In this document: positions 47,601 to 58,913 of the stretch, in pieces
How the letters are laid out: every line of letters starts with the position of its first letter
Numbering within the stretch: the first letter of the stretch is position 1
DNA from: Eutreptiella sp. 'Long Island Sound 2002'
Lineage: Eukaryota > Protista > Euglenida
NCBI GenBank assembly: GCA_964036045.1
Contig: OZ038379.1
Location: 20,150,001-20,214,000, forward strand
DNA: 64,000 nt
Direction: 5' to 3'
Notes under the pieces: model-generated
Seen by the model: the letters and a program-made list of their open reading frames with translations, nothing else
Database searches by the model: none
Told to the model about the DNA's origin: nothing
Made by a program: the position numbers and the translations under genes

Positions 47601-50600
47601 CAAATTTGCCGACCTGTGAATTCCACATGTTCTGCCGAACCTGCTACTTCCCACTGCGCTCCTTCAAACCCATTCGTGCAATCCTCTGTAATTTCCTCCC
47701 ATGTCCGATGTCCAATCCACCGCAAACCAACCCAAGCTCTTGCAGCCATATCATTTTGTATGTCCGATCCATATGCTCCTGCACAACTCTCCACAACCCT
47801 CGGCATTACTTTTGACCCCTCTACAGCCGTCTTCAACCCTGCAGTGCCACCCAGCGCTCTGTGATTCTGCACACATTACTCGGTTTTTGAACCGCGACCA
47901 ATCACCAGTCACCCTCAGCCGCCCTTTCTGGTGCACGACAAACAGTGTGACCCTCCTCCGTCCAGTCTGTCATGCTCTATCACCCTGGGCAATGTACTCG
48001 CCTTCTCCAAAAGCTTCATCAACCCGAGTTCTCCGATTTCTATCAACCCTCTACACTTCTGAATACTTTGGCTCTGACCAACACAGCCCCTCCAGCAATA
48101 TCCAACCCTGATCACTTTTGTCTGACACGCTTCACTCGAGCATCCTGACCCAACACAGCATACACTCAAACTCCCTGTGAGCCTCTACAACAAAACTCTG
48201 CAACCTCAGGCTCCATGACCCTGCAAAACTCACAAATCCTCTGCAACCCGAGACTTTGAACTTGAACTGCGAGTACTTTTTTTCGTTCGTTTTTCGTTCA
48301 TTCAGGTGATTGGGCCTGTGGGTGTGCACATCTGGGCTCTTTTGTGTCTCCTTGAGTATGTGCACTTTGGCCAATAATTGGCTTCTTCTCTCTCTCCAAC
48401 ATCCATTGTCCACGTGTTATAGACCATTCAGTGGTTGGAGTTGGCATTAAGAGCAAAGCGCATCCCAGAAGGCTCAGCCAAAGCTCAACACATGCCAAAC
48501 ACAGGCTCATACCAAACCTGACGCAAACAGCACGGCTGACGGATGCCACCGGCGGCTGCTTACACCTGCGTGACATTGCACAGTGGGCAGGCGGTTGCGT
48601 ACCTTCCTCTTGCGTCTTCACGTCTGCATCCGTCAGTGCATCAATGTCACACAGCTCCACCTCAATCTCTGTCTTCAGGAACTACAGCACGGGCATGTAG
48701 TTGGAAGCGGCCCAACACAGCACTCAGGGAGAAAAAATTGGCTGTGGGTCAAACAGAGCAGTTAAAGAGCAGACGGGCCAGGAGCAAAACAATTCCTCAT
48801 TGGGAGGCACTTAACTGACACCGAATTGTGTTCACCGCTTGTAGCATCTTCTGTGAGCTGTGATGCATCGTCTTGAGGCGATGGGAGGTGTCCTGCCTGC
48901 TCCACTTACCGCCTCTGAAGACGACTGCATGGCTCTGGGGCAAACGATTTGGCATCTCGCCCAGGCATGCAAGTGGCATGATGCTAAGAGCATCATCCAC
49001 AGACACCAGCGCGGTATTTCGGCTACGACACATCACCATCGATACATCCAAACCCACCGTCACCGTTGGTGAACCCCTAAGACGTTGGCCAACCTTCAAT
49101 GTCGACGGCTTGCAGCCACGTAGATACATCTCTGTGCGCTTACCCAATCTCTTGTAAGCCTCCACGACAACCAGTGACGCCTGCTTGCGCACCCGTGGAT
49201 TGCTGCCATTCAGGGCGTCAACGATCACCGCCATCACTCTCTGCGGAAATTAGCGCCACGCAACGGGGCTCCCACACCGGAAGGCAGGGAAGGCGGGGGC
49301 TTGGTGGGTCGACAAAATGGTGGGAGGGTTTGGGGGTACATGCACGGGATTGGTAGCGTCTGTGGCGTCTCGTCAGAACCCACCTCGGAAGATCTGCGGG
49401 AACATCCTCGTCTTGGGCTACCCCCTACGCCGCATACCTCAGGGGACAATCCACTGTCTGCATGCCCAAAATTGTATTCTGTAATGAGAGCCAATATGAG
49501 ATTCAGGCGCGCGATGACCTGCTTGAAGGCATTCATGTTCTCAATGGGCGCTGTACAGAACTCCGAGACGAAGGAGACGCCTACTTGAGGCTGTGCCGCC
49601 AGGAAGAGAAAAACATCGCTGGCGGCACCGCAGATGCGGGAGTTCATATCGCCAGTGCGCTGGAGCAGCGTGGGAAGGAGGGGCCCGAGATGCTCTTTCA
49701 AGACATCGGGATTGATATCTGACGCAAAATCACCTGCAGAATTGGAGGGGAGGCAGCGCACAGTCAGAACGGAACGTGCACCGTGGTCATAGGGCCAGAC
49801 CCATGTTCTCTGCGCCCAGTTCCCTCTCAGGATTTCGCACTGCACACGGCGCCTGGCCCTCCCCCTGCTTCCAAAGTGCCTCACCTGATCCCCGCCCTGG
49901 AAGACAACAAAAATGCGCAAAACACTCCGCAACATGTCCCATCCCTGACAAGCGACCCCAACAGAGAGTTCTACCAACACCAGCGTGCGTTGGGAAATCA
50001 CATGTAAGACCTCATATCACTGGAGACGTGTACGACGCACGTCACGTACCATACGATCATCATCCCAACAAAGCATCCCTGAATGGTATCCTCCGTCATC
50101 CACCAGGCCCTCCGACCCAGCGAGCTGATACCACCCAAAAAATGTGTGCAGAAAGGTCATCTGGGTCGTTGTATTTAGCGAAAGGGTTGCTGAGGGCTGC
50201 CTAGGATTGTCAACCTTGAGGAGACCTTATGACATCTGACAGGGCTCGAGACGGGCTCTCTAGAACCCTGGAATTGAATCATTGCTACAATCTCAGCAGC
50301 TGTGGACCCCCAATAAGTGAAAATCCCGTTCCAAACCAAAACACTTCACCCATGGGCAAGTTTACCGGCACGCACCCTGCCTGCATGACCCCCGCCGCAC
50401 CCCGCTTGCACAACATCTTGGGTTACGCGGCAGTCAATGCCCCGTCCTGGGACATCATGTTGCGTGCTTGTTGCGGTCATCGTATTGCTTCGTCAGTGGA
50501 TTCGGCTGCGGCAGGTCCCATCCCCAAGCATGCTCCCCCTCCGCGTGTACCGGCGCTCGTACCCTCCCAACGGTGGTCCAATATCGCCCAGGGCCCCCAC

Positions 50601-52893
50601 ATCCCACATGCTGTGGGCCCTGCTGAGCACCGGAGGCCCGTCCAGCCTCTCCTCCTCAGGCGCACGACCCACAGACCGTGCCGAGCTGGCCAGGGCACAC
50701 ACGCAGCGCGCAATACATCGGCGCACGGCCACAAACTTGTTGCTGGGGGGCGGGGGCGGAGGGGACGGGATAACGCAACCCCCTGTGTGACATAAAGTCC
50801 ATCTCTGGTTGCTTTACGGGATAACGCAACCCCCCCCCCCCCCGCAACTTTTTGGGCACGAGGGTGCCTTTTCGGATACATCTCTGCAATGTCATCTACA
50901 CGGGTTTAACGAGCCATGCATGGACAATGGTAAACGAAGACTGATGATCAGACTCAAAAGACACCCCCGCAATCCCCAATCGTCATAGATAAAACGCTTA
51001 CTGGCCGATCCAGGGAAGTATAAGTGGTGCTGAAAGGCATGTCTCCCATCGGTGCTGATCTCATCATGCTGTCACCATTTGGTGACTTTGTCCGGCTCAA
51101 AGCCCCCGGGCCTCAACCAGCTCACATCTCCCAGCCTGAAAGAGCTCGACGCCTCCAAAACTCACCATCCAGCTCAAACCTTCCCAAAAATCTTTGAAAA
51201 TTGCGACCTTTTCAAATTTTCTTCACTGCCCATCAAATTGGCGGAGAGTCCCACAACGTAGCAACACCCGCAAGCAACACGCAAAACATGTTCGGGCGTT
51301 CCTCGTCTCGGGTAGCTAATACAGACACAGCCGTTTGTGCGGCACTGGCACTGCGAAGCCCACCGGACTCATCTTTCGCTTGTAATTGCCCCGCCCGTCC
51401 CTCGCAGACATCCCGGTGCTTCCGGCACAAACCCTCCTTTTTTTTGTGCACTGGGGTATCACGCACCGCTCTGTGCCGCCCGTGTGACCACGGGCCCACT
51501 GAGCATCGCAAGTTCCTAACATTCTGTCTCAAGAGATGTCCCGAAAACTGGACTCAAGCTGGAAACTGCTCTTGGGGTCCTTTTGTCCGAACCAACGACG
51601 ATTTGAGCCGGACCGAAATATGAACAAAAGCGACTGGAGGTCAACGGACAAAGATTCGGGGCTACCCACGAGCTTCGACCCCCGAGATTGCAGGCGACCC
51701 TACTGCAATGACGGAACCGAGCGACAGGGACGCGGACGGAAAATCCAATCGGATAAGAGATCACACACGGCGGTACTGATTTAGCGTCCAACGAGCAGCA
51801 CACACACCCACGACAAGCTTGAAGAACTCCATGCACTGCAGGTAGACTTGAAGGACTGAATCAAGCAGGAGCGTCGCGACCACTTGCATGAAGACTTCAA
51901 GCATTCGCGTCTGCAAAACCGAGAAACCAAATTGCAAGTAACAAGAAGAAGTAACGGGCGTGCGTAAGTTGCTTGGACCGGCTGTCACGATGCTCATCTT
52001 GCTGTAAAAGCTGACAGCAGTGGCTTTGGTACCGTTTAAAAATGATTCGTTTCCGGTCGCTACTTGCTGCTACTTGATATTCGCACAGTCTTCTACTCGC
52101 TGGTTTTGCTCGTGCTTGCCCTGTTTACTGCAGTCTGCTCATCTCCTATCTTGTGTTTGAGGGCAGGGGCAGAGACAGATGCGCTGGCAGGGTATGGGGA
52201 CACGGGTCAGGGCAGGGCATGGCGGGAACAGGGGCAGGAGCAGCGGCAGAGGCAGGAGCAGGCGCACGCAGATTTGTGCAGCTGAATGCGGCGGGACTCT
52301 GTATTATTCCATTCAGCACTGTTGCCACTGTCTGGTCCTGTGTGGTACGAGCTGGAAAATTGCAGTAGCCAGCAATCCACAGCACAAGCAGCATGGATCA
52401 ACCGTCTGACAGTGTAAACATGGATTGGACGTGGTCAAGCAATTCTAGAAGAACTAGTAACAACCAAACAGCACAAAAAGAGCGCAAAGAACATGGCCGC
52501 CACACCAAAATACAAGCATTGCCAACACATTTCGACTCCTGGGGGCCTAATAGCGATTGAACAAGCCCCTGAAATGCGATCCCAGAGTAACTGGCTGGTG
52601 GTAGTCACGCAACGACGACGACGACGACAACAACAACGACAACAACAACACCACCACCGCCACCACCAACCAATCAATAACCAACAACAACAACCAGTAA
52701 CAACAATATCCAACAACAATCAACGACCACCAACAACCTTCAACAACAACCGGCAACAACAACCAACAACCAACAGCCAACAACAACCAACAACCAACAA
52801 CAACCAACAACCAACAACAACCAACAACCAACAACCAACAACCAACAGCAGCAGCAGCAGCAGCTCAGAGTTCCCGGCGGCGTGTGCAGACAC

Positions 52894-52929
<36 letters not shown>

Positions 52930-55900
52930 TGCATGATCAGACAATCTTATGGTTATTGGTCTCCCAACAGCAGCATGCATTTTGAAGCAAAAAATTGAGA
53001 CCTTCACACTCTTTTTGCTGGACTTGTACGTGAAAATTGACGCCGTGACCTCCTTCATAGTGTCCATGCGATGGATCCATTTCTGGCTGTACAGCCCTCG
53101 CACGATTTCTTCACCTGGGGAGACCACAAAATGGCATATACAACGTGCGCTGACGTAACCATCACGCGGCACCACGAAACTACAATGTCCGACGCGCACC
53201 ACCAATGAAGCAATTCTCCCGGCATTTGCCTTCCGAGGGTTCTTCTTCGCAGAAGCAGAAGATGAACATCGATGCCAACCAAAAACCATCGACTGTGGCT
53301 TGTCAACCACCGTATCATTGGTATGCAAACAAATTGCTGCCTCCTGAAGGCATTTTCCAGCGCCAGCAGTTTGCAAACATTTGTACACAGCTTGATGTCG
53401 TTGCCACTATCACCAGCACAATCTGCATGCCCAATCTGAGGTCCGCCCAGAGTTGGGCCCGCAAATCGTAAGCTCACCCCTTGAATTGCACCGTGGAATC
53501 TCCATGGAATCCCCATGATTGAGACAGCGTGTATCGTGGAAGTCCCCTGAAAGAGTTACGATGTGGTTTGCGTTGGATTTTGCATGTCAATAATGACGGA
53601 TGCAAAAACTGTGATTGGGCCGGATGTGGAAATGGGTGGTGCGCAATACAGGTACAGGATCGCCGTCTGCCGCATGGGAGCAACGAATGACCAAGGAACA
53701 AAAACTTTGTCATTTGGAGTGAATGCTGAAGAGGGGAATGGCTCAATGTCAGCTTATCAAGTGCTGTAGGTCTTTGCGAGGACATGACATGTTCTTCTCT
53801 ACCCTCCACCTCGTAAAATTGTGCACCACCTTGCAATGAACTCATCCAACACTGGGGCACCCTCTAGTCCACACCGGAAATTCCACTAGCACTTCAGACC
53901 CCTAGGGATCGGAGTTCTCCGAGACGTGCTCGCAGGAGAACGCCACCATTGGTTTTCACCATTGTGGACGGGGCACTAGTGCACCAGCGCAGCCCTCCTC
54001 TACGTGAGTCCTCAACACACCGAACACAGCAATCATCTTTGATGACTTCTCGCGCTGCTCTTCCGTCAATTCCGCGGGCGGTGCAATTGGCTGTTGGGGT
54101 TGATCCGCAATCCCGACACCGACACCGATCTGGACCACCTCCTTGGGCCCGATGCTTGCCGGCTTCTCTGGTTTGTCCGCAGAGTCTCTCAAAGTTGCGG
54201 GTTTTGAGTCTCTCAAAGTTGCGGGTTTTGAGGGCTTCTTGATCGATCTGGGTGGCCTGCAGAATTGTAGAACGCTGCTGCAGGTGGCTCTCATGGGGGG
54301 CACACAAATAATGGGTGAACAATGGAAACTCGCCTCCCTCGTACACCTTGCCTTTGCTCACGAAAGGGGAGAACAACCACACATCCGCCGGCATGGCATA
54401 CCCCGTTTCTTTTTTGTTTTCTCCGTCTTTTTCTTTTTTCTCACTTGACTCCTGTGATGGTGGCAACGTTGCTTGTATCGAAGTTCTAAAGGTTCATAGC
54501 TCCGCAAATACAAAACCAAGCAATGAGACATTAGTTTCTTGCACGAGGATTGGGTCTCATCGTTTGTTGAACGTGCAGTGATGGGGCGAGGGACAGCACA
54601 ATTGCAATTACGTTGTGGCGATGTCCAATTTGAAGTTGTCCATTGGTCTCGAACACGTGTTGTGCTCTATTTAGTCTTGCGCCCTTTCGCGTGCATGTCC
54701 ATTTTCCTTGCACCAACCCCCCAAAAGGCCCAACCAAATCAAGCGGTGGCGCGTAAGTTGGGTAGTCGTGTAGCCCGTCGCTTCAAGCTCACGTTGTCGT
54801 CGTCTCGAGCCCTACCCTAGCCTCTTCTAGCACGCGCGTAAACCTATCAGTTCCATCTTGGCAGCACAAAATGCCACATTACACGAGGACCGCGGGTGAT
54901 TATGGGGAATGCAACACTAAGTCCCGGGGCGTTTGGGTTACTATTTGCCGAGTATGTTATATGTGCACGGTACTTTAATGCAAGCGATCGATGACGTTCG
55001 TTGCTAGACGCATGGCACGCGTAAAACGCGCGCTAACGGCTTCGGCAGCTTTGGCGGTTAGGCTATTCTTGCAAAGGTAGGGACGGGTCGCACATTCATG
55101 GCTCGAACTTCTTTCGCAATTGGAGCCATCGGTGCATCTCTGCTTTTGTATCAATTGTAAGGTGCATTCTACCTTTGCTTCCGCTTCCCGTTGTTCTCGC
55201 AACTTCTCGGCGGTTTTGGCAACAGGGTGATTCAAACGTTCCAAAAGTGCACGCGGTGGGGCTCGCTTCGTGGTGAAAGGATCTGCGAAATGAAACGGAG
55301 AATTTTGATTGCATTCATGGCCAACCAAATTAAACAACAACCGGTGTCTACAGCAACCCGTGTGTACGTGGTATCACCGAGAACAAACACTGTTCTCCAT
55401 CAAACTTCATGCATCACGTAAATCATGAACGGCCGAAACTTTCCAAATTTTCACAAATGTGATGCAATTGCCCAATAGAGGAAAAGTTGGCATCTTCACG
55501 TCCAAATCACACCTTCATGACACACACTCCCTCTTTGGCTGCCCTGCGTATGGGCAAACCGCACGTTGCACGGTGCCGATGAATGTTGGGGAAATGTAGA
55601 ACGCTCCAGACGTGATAGGTGCATGGTGGATCGTGCCCAAATCGTAAATGATCGTGGATGGCTACCATTTTGCCCACGTTTGCCTCAATTATGATGGGAT
55701 TGCTTTGTGCCCCGTGGTTTCGACAGCACGATGAATTACTTTGTTTTGCCAAATGAAATGGAGGGTGCGTTCGTACGTGCATTCGTGCAATGAGCGTATG
55801 CATGTGCATAGATTGTTGTTCCAAAATTCTGAAAGGCGATCCGTGTCGCATTGCCCATGCGATCGGGCTCCTCGACACGTATGTCTATTTGTGTGTGAAC

Positions 55901-57572
55901 ATCCTTGTCGGAATTCACGAATACTTCCCGATGATGGATGAATGCACGTCTTTTTGTCGCAGATACGGACCTACGAGGTTGCGTGCACATTAGTGTAAGC
56001 AAACTCTAAAATGGACTTTTTTGCTTGTTCTCGAAATTGCGACCTTGCGCAAGAGAATCAAAGTTCGACAAATGAGCCGAAGTGACGCAATACTCTCGTT
56101 ACTGTTAGTTTCACTTAGCCCTTGACCAAACCATTGTTCTCTATGTTCATGATCTGGACGTACGCACGATGAATGTGTCCAAATGCAAGGGATAGTTTTA
56201 GGCATGCAACAAGCATTCAATTGTTTCGCCGTATGGCTTAATTGCTAAACATACCAAAATCCGGCGCGCCTCCAAAACACTCATTACAGGCTGTATCGGG
56301 CGTGTTGGAGTGCGTGAGTGTTACACTAGCACAACACCAGGTACAAACAACCGCTCACAAATGTATTACATGTCATAGTAGTCATGATTTTGAACGACGA
56401 ACAAAACAAATTTCTTCTAAAAAAAATGCGACCGTTCACCGAATGAGCCTTGGTCGGGTTCAAACAAGCACCGTGACGCCTTCGGGTTTCACTTTTGCAA
56501 AGTGTCGATTTCCATCGATGCATCCGATGGAAAAAGCGATTAATTCCTAGGGCACATCGCAATAGAATATGACGAGTTTGGTTAATGGGTCACGTCAAAG
56601 CCTCGAGGGGCCTCGTCCTTACTTCCCGGGGGAATAACGAAACAAAGCCAAACCCACATCCCGCAAAATTCGAAAAAGCAACGAACTAGGATCCGTGGAT
56701 GTGATCCGAAACAACGCTACCCATTGCAAACTTGTTCAAACTCACTACATGAACGAGTAAATTTAATCATAAGCGTTGGGACCACGGACATGTATGGGGA
56801 ATTGTCGAAGTGGCGCACCCATCCACCTCCCTTGAAACATCTTGCCACCCATTACTCATGGCTAGTGTATTAGGGTTGTAAAGTGGTGCACCTTTTTGGA
56901 GAAAGTTATGCACCCGCATAAAATGGACAAAGTAATGAAAGGGGTGATGCGTTTGGTCGTAGTTACTCAATCCTAGCATGTACACCTTAGGTAAATTACG
57001 TAAGGCATCCTCTCCCGTACTAGGGCACGATGACTCAAGTCCCGTTGTACCTTTAACCAATGGTTCTTGAGTTGGAGTATGTCCTTCTAGAAAAATTTGA
57101 CTCTTGAACAACGCTCTAACAATCAACAAAACACATGCACAAAGCATTCGATTTTCCGTGGTTTGACAAACGCCAAAGCTCGCACAACGGCGCACTATGT
57201 GCGCACTGTTGGAGTTGGAAAGAAAGAAGCTCGTGGCGAGGCGGCCCAACGGGAATCCACGAAGAACTAGCGCGGCGAACAAAAATGATGGTTTAAAAAA
57301 AAAGCATAAACCTCCAAAAGCAAGAACTCGCACATGGCAAGTGGGCGATCAAAAATAGATAAGGTAATTAATTACCTTAGGAGGAGTTCAAGTCGCAACA
57401 TACCGCCCATTGCTAAGTCGAAGCACACCGCCTTCGGAGTCGGTGATGAGGTTTGGAGGGGCGCCATTTCGACCATTGCCATTTGCTTTTCGGCCGGCTT
57501 AGAAGGAGGCTGTGCGTCTTCTTTTTCGAGATTCTTCGGAGGTTTCTTCGGCTTGGAGCTACTTTCGATTAG
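36800..57572 (-). CDS. Multi-exon gene encoding a protein with two tandem CEP104-like TOG (HEAT-repeat) domains; 5' and 3' ends not determined
   Basis: AG/GT-bounded exons: 57572-57429, 55282-55173, 54451-54402, 54256-54021, 53114-about 53005, 51910-51808, 49733-49438, 49240-49094, 48681-48603, 47283-47219, 46161-45909, 45279-45134, 45009-44945, 42011-41933, 40332-40186, 38979-38909 (tentative), 36940-36800. All junctions from 55282 to 53114 and from 51910 to 40186 join in phase. TOG hallmarks: VFGEEIVRGLYSQKWIHR / AFGPGISCLFSKKWKLRENAL; LLQRTGDMNSRI / LLISRAGDLNTAVK; ALNGSNPRVRKQA..EAYK / FQSPNGKVRKAAVNLILEVYK. Confidence 0.8.
38567..38600 (+). repeat. (TG)n microsatellite
   Basis: Directly visible. 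Confidence 0.9.
40186..47283 (-). CDS. TOG domain 2 exons (47283-47219, 46161-45909, 45279-45134, 45009-44945, 42011-41933, 40332-40186)
   Basis: The spliced translation EQFSEEETRKMQPLVE|AFGPGISCLFSKKW..GLQDAVPIVYTMSC..ALE|AYSE..RAGDLN..KQQ|KIGVGFVATYLLSPIENLNQWR|IVVARLELLEVFVQQFG..TE|ATMTFAVGTFQSPNGKVRKAA. All five junctions are in phase. Confidence 0.87.
42522..43433. mobile_element. Non-autonomous hAT element (912 bp) in an intron of the TOG gene
   Basis: 14-bp TIR CAGGGATC(C/T)TGATA, perfect 8-bp TSD CTGCATCC (42514-42521 and 43434-43441), and subterminal GTGAC/TGTCAC repeats. It contains a 212-aa Ala-rich minus-strand ORF (42649-43287) with no DDE motifs. Confidence 0.9.
49094..54256 (-). 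CDS. TOG domain 1 exons (54256-54021, 53114-about 53005, 51910-51808, 49733-49438, 49240-49094)
   Basis: The spliced translation ELTEEQREKSSKMIAVFG|EEIVRGLYSQKW..|TRMLEVFMQVVATLLLDSVLQVYLQCMEFFKLVVG|DFASD..TGDMNSRI..VIARLNLILALI..PE|RVMAVIVDALNGSNPRVRKQA matches the CEP104-type TOG layout. Confidence 0.85.
52612..52930 (+). repeat. Compound (ACG)/(AAC)n/(AGC)n microsatellite tract in a TOG-gene intron
   Basis: Directly visible; it generates the poly-Q/N/S/L/V/C ORFs in the track. Confidence 0.9.
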
Positions 57573-57785
57573 CTACAAGAAGGAGCACACAAATGCTTGA
57601 CAAACGCACCTTTACTTCAGCTGGCCTATCGTAGATTATGATAAGAATGAAGTGGAACCTTGCGAATGTCTTCTTCACCATTCAGAAAATCCAGGATTGT
57701 GGATTTTTATTGACCTCCTGAGCCAGTCGTTCCAATATGGTTCTTGTGTTACTGTGTGCAACAGGTTTGAGGCGGTTTCTATATC

Positions 57786-57880
57786 CAATATCCGCGGCCT
57801 GTGGTAGATTGCGCGCCCAATGTGACGGCCGATAGGCCGGCACATTGGAGCGCGCAATCTACCACAGGCTGCGGATATTG
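57786..57880. repeat. About 44-bp near-perfect inverted repeat (hairpin) closed by a GATA loop
   Basis: caatatccgcggcctgtggtagattgcgcgcccaatgtgacggcc-GATA-ggccggcacattggagcgcgcaatctaccacaggctgcggatattg. One mismatch, one 1-nt bulge and one G-T pair. Confidence 0.9.
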
Positions 57881-57959
57881 CCTAAATGTGATAGGGGTCT
57901 TATTGTTTTTACTATTTTTACTTTTCTTTTTGCTAATTCAGGCTTTGTGGCGCTTTGTG

Positions 57960-58913
57960 GCATGTCAAAGGCCCAAACCAAGATACTGAAGCTCAATGCA
58001 CAGGGCCCGCCACCTATCCATGTCTGGCTCGACAATGTCACACGGATGTTAGAGGAGGAAGCGCCGGAAGGTTTGTACCAAGAAGCGCCCGCAGGACCAC
58101 AGTTCATGGGAGATTTGTTTGACGATGCACCAGCCGATCCACAAGGTGAAGAATGTGTGAGTTACGTGAACGCTTTGAAATGTTGCAAGGCCTTCACTGC
58201 TGCAAAGGACCTCATCGGAGCAGAGTTTTTTGTCGGTGGACGACTGGTTCATCAATTGGGCGCGCTATGTCGGCAGTGCACATGCTCTCTTGGATGCCGA
58301 AGCAGAGAATGTAACTGCTAAGATCTGTTCACATGGACACGTACGTGTTGAAGCTCCGACACGTACGTGTTGAAGTCCCAACTCGTACGCACTGATTTAC
58401 CAAACCGTACGCACCGCGTACGATTTTGGCGCAAAATCGTACGCAGCGCGTGCGCGTTTGGTACCCAGTGCGTACGGTGTGGAAAATCAGTGCGTACGAG
58501 TTGACCTTTCAACACGTACGTGTCCATGTGAACAAAAAAGGCCACATCTTAAGCAGGAGTTGATGGATCGCCACTTGCAGTATGCCATTGCAGTCTAGAG
58601 CTCCAATGCGAAGCAGCGAAAACCAAAGGTGTACACGCTCAGTCCGAGGAGTTTCGTAAAGTATACGAACGCATTCATGCATGTATATTGCCGCAGATTC
58701 CCGAGTTCTGGTTTCTACGTGCACAATGAGTACATGATGCCTCGCTACTGGACGATGATGAAAGATGCAATGCGACGCTACAGGTTATGGTACTTGCAAC
58801 AGAAAAAGGCACCGAAAGAGCCACCAGTAACGGATGAGCAGCTGCCCAAGTTGTGCCGCAGCACTGATTGGAATTCGCCGGGTGCCAGGCAACTGATGCG
58901 ACTGATAAAGTGA
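57960..58913 (+). pseudogene. Decayed ORF resembling the N-terminal half of a Crypton/DUF3504-type tyrosine recombinase, interrupted by a foldback element
   Basis: Reading continues across the MITE into RKPKVYTLSPRSFVKYTNAF..MKDAMRRY..KAPKEPPVTDEQLPKLCRSTDWNSPG, which recalls the Crypton YxPxSL and PITxEExxKLxxS..xP segments. No catalytic C-terminal half is present. Family assignment is from memory of motifs. Confidence 0.4.
58326..58534. mobile_element. 209-bp foldback MITE-like element
   Basis: Perfect 27-bp TIR (58326-58352 / 58508-58534), inner perfect 19-bp IR (58380-58398 / 58484-58502), central perfect 13-bp stem with 3-nt loop (58416-58444), and nine CGTACG hexamers. No TSD seen. Confidence 0.88.

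Noticed and set aside
47600-48260. ORFs in the C-rich/G-rich degenerate tract (also 11930-12215)
   Set aside because: Low-complexity strand-biased sequence with no consistent protein signal or splice phase.
52493-52936. Gln/Asn/Ser-rich ORFs
   Set aside because: Translations of intronic trinucleotide microsatellites.
36800-57572. Assigning the gene symbol CEP104
   Set aside because: Only the TOG similarity is visible. The domain is doubled, and the jelly-roll and zinc-finger regions were not found, so orthology is unproven.
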